A stretch of DNA of 61,965 bases, filler included, from Jimgerdemannia flammicorona (Eukaryota), in NCBI GenBank assembly GCA_003990765.1. It is 3 parts of 3 records of this genome, joined end to end, with 100 filler letters (N's around TTAATTAATTAA, not from the genome) between each part and the next. Parts side by side here need not be neighbours in the genome. Positions count along the whole stretch, not along the records: positions 1 to 20,593 come from RBNJ01001642.1; positions 20,694 to 41,281 come from RBNJ01001643.1; 1 more part is not named here. The stretch is one strand, 5' to 3'. Shown one piece after another: positions 13,590 to 22,519 of this stretch. Under the pieces are notes generated by a model. It worked only from the letters and a program-made list of their open reading frames with translations, was not told the origin of the DNA and ran no database searches. Within the stretch, counting starts at the first letter, position 1. The number at the start of each line of letters is the position of its first letter. Made by a program: the position numbers and the translations under genes.

Positions 13590-14472
13590 GACCCGCCAAC
13601 TCTGGGCTCCAGGAGGAATTCGTGTTCACTATCGCACCGACTGCTCCCAACCCGAATCCATCTCCCAGAACATCCTCGAGTGCCCTATCTGCTCAAACAA
13701 CTACCCCGGTGATGATACATTTCACTTAGCTGCAAGCACTCCTTCTGCCGCTCCTGTGCAGCATGGTACATCCACAATGCCATGGAGTCGTGCACTTTCC
13801 CATACCTATACCCATGCTGCAAGTCCTCCGAGACCTGAGATCCCACAGCACAATGATCCTCTCCATTCTGAGTGAAAAAAACCAAGTTGTCTGGTTGGAG
13901 ATGGAGCGCGAGCGCAGCATCACAAGCGACAGTGCGGTCAAGTGCGTCTATTGTCAGAAGGGAAAGTGCGAGAAGCCTTTGAGGCCGGCGTCGTAGACGA
14001 GACGGAGAGGCTGCCCCATGTGTCGTGTCCGTATTGTGAGCACGATTGATGGCTTTATACGTGGCATTAGGGCATCTTCCGCGCCAAATACCAGCGGTGG
14101 AAGACCAATAATGGGAAGGCAGACGAGCTGACAAATAAGATCGTGTTGGAGAAGGAGTATAAACGGTGTCCAGGCACATATATATATATATCACGTCTGT
14201 GTGGTAATGGTCTTGTTCGGCATATACTGATGGCGTTTGTCCTTTCTTTATTTTATTTATATTTTATTTGTAAACAGGCCCTAATTGCAGATAGATCATT
14301 GAGAAGACTGTCGCTTGCAATCATATGAAATATACCCAGTGCGAAGCACACTTCTGCTATCTCTGCGGTAACATTCTTCTTCACCAAGTCCAATGCGAAG
14401 CGTGACATTGACACCGCTGTTGCCAGCCATTACAGAGGTTGTGCCTTGTTCGACATTCTGAGCAAGCAATGA
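13590..14472 (+). pseudogene. RBR-family (RING1-IBR-RING2) E3 ubiquitin ligase pseudogene fragment with one intron
   Basis: Stitching frames gives RING1 ECPICSNNY...LSCKHSFCRSCAAWYI...FP..PCCK and IBR CVYCQKGKC...VSCPYCEH...WH*G. RING2 reads KRC|PNCR*IIEKTVACNHMKYTQCEAHFCYLCG across a GT-AG intron (14168-14277, branch-like TACTGAT). The tail is GCALFDILSKQ*. Several frameshifts and in-frame stops (e.g. TAG 14292-14294). Confidence 0.9.
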
Positions 14473-15139
14473 AATGAGGGAAGTGTGGCTGTCGGTGTTT
14501 ATTGTGTTTTTATTTTGGGTTTCGCCTGCGTAGAGATTCATCGTGTCTTTATATATCTGTGGAATAAATCGCCGACACTGCTGCTGTACCGTAAACTTCG
14601 AACTGGATCAACATGACGATAGACTGTTGTGCAGGACAGAGAATGCATTGCTTACCTCGCCATATGCGTAGAGCTACGTGTCGTACTTCACCCCTGTCAG
14701 TTTTGTGACTTCGAAATTGCGGTGCGGACACAAGCAGTTAGGTACGTGGAAATAGACCTTTACCGCCATTCTTATCCTTTCTTATCGAGGTCGCATGCAT
14801 CTTCGACCGCGGTGTTCAAACCTTAAATGCCTTAACGAAGTTATCACTTATTCATGCATGTACCAATATCAATATGTCAATAGCGACGGCTTTGGTTGTT
14901 GTCAGTGATCTTCTTTTGGCCAACAAAAAGGACGAACGCTTCAGAGCGTATTTATCATGTGGAAGATGCCATACCTTTCGAGAGACCCTCTGTTATATGT
15001 CGTGGACTTGAAATGTCGAGAGGATGATTAAGGTTATGTTGGAAAGAAGCCTGCTGGTTCCAAAAATAAGTATTGCGAATAGTTTTTTTTTTTTTTTTTC
15101 CGAGCCTGCTTACTCACTATTTTTTGACCGGTTCCTTAT

Positions 15140-15199
15140 GCCAGTCTTGGTTGCTTTTAAACCAACTGATGAGCCCCTTGAGCGAGGGTGAAACCGGTC
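15140..15199 (+). ncRNA. Type III hammerhead ribozyme (copy 1, partly eroded)
   Basis: GTC (15144-15146), stem I TTGGTT/AACCAA, CTGATGA (15166-15172), stem II GCCCCTT-GAGC-GAGGGT, GAAA (15190-15193), stem III CCAG/CCGG with one mismatch. Confidence 0.85.
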
Positions 15200-15782
15200 T
15201 ATTCTAGGGCATCTCTATTCGGTGGCGTTTACACATATTTTATATATATGTAATTTATTTATAAAGAATAAAAATTTAAATCGGACGCATCAAACACGTG
15301 TGTTGTTGATTAAGCTTCAAGGACCATTACTGTAAAGTGCCATTTGTGATCTTCCACTATTCTCATCATAGATGGCTCTTCGGTATATACTACTCAGCTT
15401 CTTCAATACGGGCAGTTCTGTAATGCGGCGGTGCTGGCTTTCGTCATTCTTGCTTCGCTCAGGCGGTCTTTCTCTGTCGTTATCGAGGGGTGTTTGTCAG
15501 CAACTGTTGCGTCTTCATAGTGTCCTTGCCAGTTACTATCACTATTGACTAGTCGGCGTTTGAAATCGCGTTTATCTCAGGCTGCTTGTTGTTATCATGC
15601 AAGAGGTACTCTATTAACACTTAATCTTATTGAAGAAGGTGTGTTGGCTTGTGGGTTATGTGGGAATGTGGGTTTGTGCAGTGTGGTTGTGGGTTTGTGT
15701 CTTGCGTGGTTGGCTCATATGGATGCGAAACAGAGTATAATGGATTCGATACTCACCTCATGCATCTCTCCCTCCTCTACAG

Positions 15783-16635
15783 ATACATACACAGATGGAG
15801 GAGACTCTTACGCCATATGGTGAAGGCGCTTCCCGCAATGCCATCTCGCACTATATGGTGAAGATGCTTCCGCGCCTCCTGACCAAATACACCAAGGACG
15901 TGGCACTTATTGCCAATCGTCATTATCCCGCAGCTCATGAACCTCAAAGTTTACCTTGACCTCTGCATACTCAAAGCCTATGAGGCCTTTCTAGGTGACA
16001 TGTTGTATCATGTGGCCAGGTTGAGGGAGGAATGTGAGGGGAAGGTTAGGTTCATCTCTGTTTTTGTGCGATTGGTGGGTGGTCATTATGGATTACGACG
16101 TCGAATGTGATAAGGGAGAGTTGGGGTACGAGGAGGAAGAACAGGTGCGGTTTTATATTTGCTTTTGTTTGCGTGTTGCATTTGTGGGTTTCTGGATGCT
16201 AATGAATTTTTAACCCTCCTCAGATTGTTTCAGACATCAACACTCTTCGCCAGTATCTCGTGTGGAGGTGCCATGTCATCCAGCCTGGGGAGCCGGGCCA
16301 CAACAGGCTATCGAAGAGTTTAGGGAGCATTGCGACTGGGCTCTCGACGATTTCACCAAACTTACCGTCGGGAATGGGGTCTGGGTTTGGAGGCAGCGAA
16401 GAAGGTGGTGGAGGTTTTTTTTTTTTTCATCGCGGTGGGAAGGTGAGAATCGGTTAACTGACATGTTTGTGGGCACCCTCCTTGTCTTCCTATTCTTAGG
16501 CATTCAGGGCCCTCGGCGAACCCACTGGCACTTCTTGACCTGTTCCAGTAGCCCAACTCGTCAAACATGCAACAGCTGTGCTTGACCTGCCTGGTGTCAT
16601 TCTGTAGGATTCATCGAATAGCAGATAGTTTGGTC
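15783..16635 (+). pseudogene. SCC3: Cohesin subunit Scc3/STAG (Psc3/Rec11-like) internal fragment, with introns, frameshifts and internal deletions
   Basis: Reconstructed peptides: RNAISHYMVKMLPRLLTKYTKDVALIA / IVIIPQLMNLKVYLDLCILKAYEAFLGDM; KGELGYEEEEQ|IVSDINTLRQYLVWRC; AIEEFREHCDWALDDFTKLTVG; LEAAKKV|AFRALG; GFIE*QI. They resemble successive HEAT-repeat segments of STAG/Scc3, recognised from memory of the family. GT-AG introns at ~16145-16223 and ~16408-16499 have branch motifs. Confidence 0.78.
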
Positions 16636-17189
16636 ACTACGTTGCACAGTTACGACGCAATGGTGATGCGGGCAGCCGAGGGGTCAACTGTTCCTTTTAT
16701 GGAGATCAGTCAGTGTAGAGATAGGTGGTGAGGTCTCAACCCGATGTTTGAGAATATATCTATAATAACTTAGCAATGGCCTAAAGATCGAGTCATTCAG
16801 GTGAGTAATGGACCACAAGGCATTTGAACGGGAAACCCGTATGAATATATATATAAAATATATTATATACTATATATTTTCTTAGATATTATATTTATTA
16901 TATAATATCAATGAGCATGAAGACATTAGGAGTAAAGACGCAACACAGGGAGCGCAAATACGAGCACCATGTGTAGTCTTTGGGTGTTTACTGCTCGTTT
17001 TTTTCGAGAGCTCTCCCATCATGGTATAGCAGCGAGTTTACCAAACTCCAAGGTTACAATGTTACGACTATACGAGCAACTAGCCACCCGAACTATACTA
17101 CATCACGCACTCGCCATGCACACTATGCACACGCAACCGGCGGCTTCGACAATATCCCGGTAGACAATCTCACGCACACATCCATCCAT

Positions 17190-17770
17190 TCAAGCGACGA
17201 CATTAGCATTAGCAACCTTGTCGGCGATGCAGCGTGGTTATTGTTGACATAGTAAGCCTGGTCGCAATCCTCGCACAGGTTGGCGGCGACATGATTGCAA
17301 TTCTCATAGGTGACATTGTAGCATTTCTGGTTGGCGCTGTTGCATGCAGCGTTGTAGTCGACCATGCAAGGAGCGCAGGCACCGCAAGCGCCGAGTCTGT
17401 CATAGGCCCCCCAAGTCATAGGGGTACCCATACCCATAGCCGCCCCATTGCTTGTTGTGAACAGGGTCATGTCACGCCTTTTGAGGTATCCGAGGCCGGC
17501 GCAACTGTAGTCGCAGGCTCCAAGACAGCCATAAGGGAGTTGACCACAGGGGAAACCGCAAGCACCGGGACTGTCGAAAGGGAGTCCGTTAGCTGCAAAG
17601 GCACCGCAGGGGAAACTGCAAGCGCCAAGACCGTCGAAAGGGAGTCCGTTAGCTGCAAAGGCACTGCAGGGGAAGCAGCAGAGTTTGCACGCATCATCGA
17701 GACAGCGCTCATTCAGGTCGTGAGTCCGGGCCTCGCTGGTGGGATCGCAGATGCTTAAACACATCGTCAT
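17190..17770 (-). pseudogene. Cys/Gly-rich, probably secreted repeat protein with Kex2-type dibasic site; frameshifted at both ends or 5'-truncated
   Basis: ORF 17123-17770 has 20-aa repeats (FPCxAFAANGLPFDxxGAC), a KRR site and an Asn/Cys-rich C-terminal part. A shifted frame gives ASA-IP before TSEARTHDLNER (signal-cleavage/propeptide-like). Another shift gives a natural end ADKVANANVVA* (stop 17190-17192). Confidence 0.65.
17545..17680. repeat. 60-bp coding tandem repeat, ~2.3 copies
   Basis: GTCGAAAGGGAGTCCGTTAGCTGCAAAGGCAC.GCAGGGGAA recurs at a 60-bp period. Confidence 0.9.
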
Positions 17771-18203
17771 TCTTCTTCTGCACTATAACCGGATTCGAAT
17801 GCTGAGCTGGCGAACGTACCTTGCACCAGGTCTACTGAAATGCAACCTGGTAGGCGCCAAAGGGGGCGAATGGCAAATTTGCAGCCAGGCGGTCTCTACA
17901 TTATAATAAAATCCCACAAACAATCTGAGGATGAGTGGAGATCAGGCCAAGATGGTGAAAGATGGCGGTGGGTAGTTCTGGCTCTGACTGACCTTATTAA
18001 CTTTGGCGTCCCAACCGATATGACGAGAATGGCTGAACCCACATCGCTGCCAAAAGACCCTTGTAGCAGCTGGTACCGACCCGAATGTCGCATTGAATAG
18101 TTGTCGAGTACTGGGTATTTCCTGTGGATGCCAAAGACAAGGACGATTGGACTGTGCAGTTATAATGCCATTGCCCTCCACCTCATTGAGATGAGGTGTC
18201 GCG

Positions 18204-18350
18204 GGACTCGAAGGATGTTGACGTGAACGTGTGGACTCAAAGAATGTTGACATGAACACGTGGACTCGAAGAATGTTGATGCAAATGCGCAGAGTCAAAG
18301 GATGTTGACGCAAACGCGTGAACTCGAAGGATGTTGACGTGAACGCATGG
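18204..18350. repeat. 29-bp minisatellite, ~5 copies
   Basis: Unit approx. GGACTCGAAGGATGTTGACGTGAACGTGT, contiguous and diverged. Confidence 0.85.
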
Positions 18351-18551
18351 ATCTTGACACGAATGGGTACACAATGTTCTAGACAAACAAAAAATAAAAC
18401 TGTCAACAGTAGGCTTTGAAAAGGTAGTCCAAACTGGCACATTTTAAAGATCGCTTTATTCTTTTAAATAATTTTATTTCTAAAATATATGTATTTATTA
18501 CAAAACGGTTGGCAACGACCCAGTTGGAATCTTGTTGGAATCTTGTCGGAA

Positions 18552-18617
18552 ACGGCGGGTTTCGCCCTTGCTTAAGGGGCTCATCAGTTGGCTGTAAAAG
18601 CAACCAAGACCTGCCGT
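18552..18617 (-). ncRNA. Type III hammerhead ribozyme (copy 2, core intact)
   Basis: Minus strand reads ACGGCAG-GTC-TTGGTTG-CTTTTA-CAGCCAA-CTGATGA-GCCCCTT-AAGC-AAGGGC-GAAA-CCCGCCGT. All core nucleotides are present, with a 7-bp stem I, a G-C-closed stem II, and a 9-position stem III with one A-C mismatch. Predicted cleavage is between 18608 and 18607. Confidence 0.92.
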
Positions 18618-18880
18618 GGATGCAAGTAAGCTCTCACTAGAGAGACTCCATTGCAGAGCCACTGGCGGCCCAAGAATGTGAGTGTTTCGGTCAAGCATAA
18701 ACAGTACTCGAAGTGAAGAAATAGTTTAACTACTTATCTTAACAGTGAAGAGTTCAACCTGCCACGGGCGTTCGATATATTTATCAGGTGTCCGATTTGT
18801 TGCGCCATATCATTGGTGGTGACGTCTTTCAGATCATCATCCAATTAAAATAGCACGATTTCGATGACATTGTACAAACC

Positions 18881-19083
18881 AACGCCATTCATGCGTTTCA
18901 GTAATGTCATAGGATATGGGCGAATACCATTCATGCGTTTCAGTATATGCCATAGAGTATGGGTGAATACCATTCATGCGTTTCAGTATACGCCATGGAA
19001 AATGGGCAAATACCATTCATGCGTTTCAGGAATGTCATAGAATATGGGCAAATACCATTCATGAGTTTCAATGTATGCTATAG
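18881..19083. repeat. 42-43-bp minisatellite, ~5 copies
   Basis: Unit AATACCATTCATGCGTTTCAG(T/G)A(T)ATG(C/T)CATAG..TATGGG(C/T)(G/A). It is followed by a 22-bp duplication GGGGTTGAGA(T/C)GACAGGT (19083-19122). Confidence 0.9.
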
Positions 19084-19274
19084 GGGTTGAGATGACAGGT
19101 ATTCGGGGTTGAGACGACAGGTGGTAGAGTGCGATCACCATAGAATACGGCGAGAGAACCCATTAAATAAATAGATTAAATGATGAGAGAAATTGGGGCA
19201 CTTCATCGAAACGCAAATGCAAAATGCAGTTCGTAGAGTGAAATGCATGTTAGTTGTGACATTCTAGCCCCTGA

Positions 19275-19394
19275 AACAGACTAACGCCCAACGCCCAACG
19301 ATGGACTAATGCCCAAGACAGACTAATGCCTAAAACAGACTAACGCCCAAAACAGACTAACGCCCAAAACAGACTAACGCCGATGCCCACTGTG
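19275..19394. repeat. Array of ~17-20-bp AAACAGACTAACGCCCA repeats ending in CACTGTG; possible DNA-transposon subterminal region
   Basis: About six copies of CAGACTAA(C/T)GCC, ending GCCCACTGTG at 19385-19394. Confidence 0.7.
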
Positions 19395-19833
19395 TGGCAG
19401 CACGTTCAAGTTAAGTGGAAGAAGGCATGCGAAAACAGTGTTAGCTAGCAAGGAGTAGAGAAATGTATATATAATAAATATGAGGATCGTGGAATGAATA
19501 AAGGTAGTTCTTATCGGAATTTAATTGCTCAAGTGGAAAGACAGGAATTCGGAGGGACCAGCAAGGGAAGTACATAAAGCTAAGCTATATTGGTTCAGCC
19601 AGTAACTACAATTGATGTATTTAGTACATTGCCTATTTATTTATTTACATATTTATTTATTACATATTTTCACTCTAGGAAACACGAGGTCATGTCTATA
19701 TGCAAGTTTGATTCTTGCTCGTTTTCCCTTTGGTGAGACGTGCCTCGTGTTTCGAACGCCTCTATTGTGATGTCATATGGCGAACAAACCGCTCAAAAAA
19801 TCGTGACTATCGAATTTGTTAAAATCACTTGAA

Positions 19834-20849
19834 TAGTGCTCTGAACAAGTCAGTTCAAATTGGTTCAAATTGTGATGGTTTCTGATTCGAACAATTCAAA
19901 TCAATTTGAATTATGACTGCTCTAATTCAAATCTTCAAATTTGATTTGAATATCTGATTCAAATATCTGATTCAAATAGGAACCAAATTGCCCATGCTCC
20001 ACTCTATCACATGATTTACTATCATATATAAACAGAAGAATGTGTATGCGAAACACTTCTATACATAAGTATATATACATTATATCAATGGCAATAAGTC
20101 AGTCATCAATATTTCGCAATACTGATGATTTGTACTTCAAGTCAGACTTCTTTAAACACTGTTTAGACTTCTTTAAATAGCATTCTATACTATGCTCCTT
20201 ATTCTGAAGTTTAGTAATATTATACCAAAACTGATAAAAATAAAGTCTCTTACAAATATTACAGGTAATTTGTTTTTTTTTTTAAAAAATAAAAATAAAA
20301 CTTATAATACTTAGATATATTTATAATTTGCTTAATATATGTGTAAATTTTTTAAAAAGTATAAGATATATGATAGTTCTATTATAAATATAATAAGATA
20401 TATAAAAGCTCAATATTTAGATAAAATAGAATTGAGTATAGTATTAAGTAAAATTGATATTTCAGTTATATATAATAAGTAGATGTTCTATCTCTTATTT
20501 TAGTATAGATTTAAAAATATATCTTTTATATATCTGAAGTTTTTCTTTTTTTTCTGAAAAATAATTCAGCTATATATCATACTTTTTTTTTTTNNNNNNN
20601 NNNNNNNNNNNNNNNNNNNNNNNNNNNNNNNNNNNNNTTAATTAATTAANNNNNNNNNNNNNNNNNNNNNNNNNNNNNNNNNNNNNNNNNNNNGATCAAT
20701 CCGGATGGATCAATCCGGATGGATCAATCCGGATCAATCCGGATCAATCCGGATCAGATCACGAGACCAATCCGAGTTGATTCGAATCCATCACATGACG
20801 AATCTGAATCGAATCTCACCTGAATCAACTCCATTCGTTCGGAGCACTA
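19834..20849. mobile_element. hAT-like non-autonomous element end(s) on either side of the contig linker
   Basis: Left TAGTGCTCTGAACAA (19834) and right TTCGTTCGGAGCACTA (ends 20849) share the TAGTGCTCC terminus with the 8644 MITE. Subterminal GATTCGAA/GATCAATCCG repeats. No matching TSD, so these may be two elements. Confidence 0.6.
20594..20693. other. Artificial contig linker / gap
   Basis: N44-TTAATTAATTAA-N44, which gives stops in all six frames. Confidence 0.97.
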
Positions 20850-21142
20850 CTATAAGCCATATATCATTATTATTAGCTATATTAGTACATACTTTACTTA
20901 TTGTAATGGTGACCCCAGAATGATGACATCAGCACAGGAGACAGCCTTTTCTTACAAGCCACTAGATTGGAGTACAAGAAGATCATACAGCATATGAGAT
21001 AAGCAATGATGACCAACTGTAAGTCATTGTGACTACAGTATGGGTATCTTGAGGAATATAAAAGAAGGATCAAGAAACTGCAGTAGCAGTAGCCAATAAG
21101 AACCACCAATCCCAAAATAGCTCAAAGACTCACCACAAATAA

Positions 21143-21950
21143 AATGCCTGCTGCTTGCCAAACCTCAAGGTCAAGGAACTACTAAGGCACCTCAGTCGAA
21201 GAAAGGATGTTCTAAGACATCAGAAAAGCCAAGAAGACCCACTCAAGAAGGACTCCTAGTGTCAACCTGGGTACTGCTGACTCTTATTACTATATTCTCT
21301 ATTACCATAAAATGGAAACAAGGATCACTATTACTGCTGAATACCTCCAAATATGGCAGGAGTATGAAAAAGGAAACCTCCTCTACCAGAAGTTCTCACA
21401 GACCAGCTCTCAAGAGCTACAAGATGCCACTCTCATGGATATATGCAAGGTAAGGATAGCTAAGAAGATCCATCAGATCTTCAGGCATGTACCATGGTCA
21501 ATTCCCAACTTAGAGTATGTTAAAGTCTTAGATTTCAGAGACCTATCATCCCACCATATCAATGTACTAGAAATCAGGGTGGCTACAGAAGCCCAGTCCA
21601 CTATCACCCTCAATAGTAATGAAGTAGAAGACTTCTGGCATCTCATCCTTCAGGACAACCCAAACCAATTCCTGCAAGAATTGATCTCAGTATTCCAAGG
21701 CCCAAGCATCTAGGTTAGACCTCTCCAAGACTCCACATTTGTCCCCTATTTTGTGGAAGAGATTGGAGAGCCCCTGCTGCCGAACATGATAATGTCATCA
21801 GTGATGACATCATCCTACATAACATATGAAGTATGCAAAATATGCAATGATGATGACCAGACAGATGAGACATTTACAGATCTCATCTCTTTTGAAGACA
21901 TCCTGATCTCTGACAAGGATGAAGCTCTTATAGTCTTGAATATTCTGCTT
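21143..21950 (+). pseudogene. Unknown-function ORF inside the LTR (U3)
   Basis: MPAA...METRITI...RIAKKIHQIFRHVPWSIPNLEYV... keeps the same frame in all three LTR copies (21312-21713, 34444-34869, 38765-39319 minus), broken at different positions in each. Confidence 0.65.
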
Positions 21951-21970
21951 TAAGTTCCTTGGTTATATAC

Positions 21971-22132
21971 ACTGAGTTATGCCAGCACCAGCATTCTGAT
22001 GTAACACTGAGTTATACCAGTACTGGCATTCTGATGTAATACTGAGTTATGCCAGTACTGGCATTCTGATGTAATACTGAGTTGTGCCAGCACTGGTATT
22101 CTGATATAATACTGAATTATACCAGCATTCTG
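21971..22132. repeat. 35-bp tandem repeat in LTR, ~4.5 copies (also 35071-35232)
   Basis: Unit ACTGAGTTATGCCAGCACCAGCATTCTGATGTAAC, no spacers. Confidence 0.9.
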
Positions 22133-22519
22133 AACCTATACAACCATCAGTGCTGACCCTAGAACTTAGCAGTTTTTCCTGTCCTGGCATTTTATTTTAG
22201 TTATTAGAATTTATATTTAGCTTTATATCTTAGCAACCATTGAATTATATTTTGTATAAATACTCCTCTTATTTCCTCTGAAATAAAGTCTGTCAACTTA
22301 GTACAATACACACACTTCCTTGCTAGCAATCTAAGAGATAACAAGACAGTTTAAAGATAAGAAGTTTGAGGACTATAAGATCTTGGGATGGTACTCTAAT
22401 AAGAACTTGCTTATAAAAAACTTGAGTTAGTCTAAGAGATATACCTTGAGGAGAATCTGGTATATTTGAAGGACTCAGCAACCACTATATGACAACTTGG
22501 TGCCCATTGGCTGGTGATT

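Larger units (their letters stand above)
20902..22494 (+). repeat. 5' LTR (1593 bp)
   Basis: TGTAA...TGACA, homologous end to end with 33996-35594 and 38035-39560. Contains an ORF, a 35-bp tandem repeat, TATAAATA (22256) and AATAAA (22282). Confidence 0.93.

Noticed and set aside
14500..14830. Possible minus-strand gene fragment with short GT-AG introns
   Set aside because: Splice-like signals are present, but there is no recognisable peptide and it is too short to call.
16500..16590. Minus-strand GLLEQVKKCQW resembling an RT N-terminus (would suggest a DIRS/PLE between the ribozymes)
   Set aside because: No further RT or recombinase motifs. The plus strand is better explained as an Scc3 exon after a canonical intron.
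17234..17758. 174-aa plus-strand ORF with a hydrophobic N-terminus
   Set aside because: Probably the antisense shadow. The minus frame shows patterned Cys, a dibasic site and a coherent architecture.
17850..18200. Coding-like, CpG-containing stretch with overlapping ORFs
   Set aside because: No recognisable motif in any frame. It may be another gene fragment, but this is unsupported.
20594..20693. TTAATTAATTAA palindrome inside N-runs (also 41326-41337)
   Set aside because: Identical 100-nt construct at both gaps, so it is an artificial contig linker. Adjacency across it cannot be trusted.
19834..20849. A single intact hAT element spanning the gap
   Set aside because: The flanking 8-mers differ (CACTTGAA versus CTATAAGC) and the ends lie on different contigs. 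Reported only as element ends.
21971..22132. 35-bp repeats resembling a CRISPR array (also 18881-19083 and 35071-35232)
   Set aside because: The units are contiguous with no unique spacers, there are no cas genes, and the context is a eukaryotic LTR or minisatellite.
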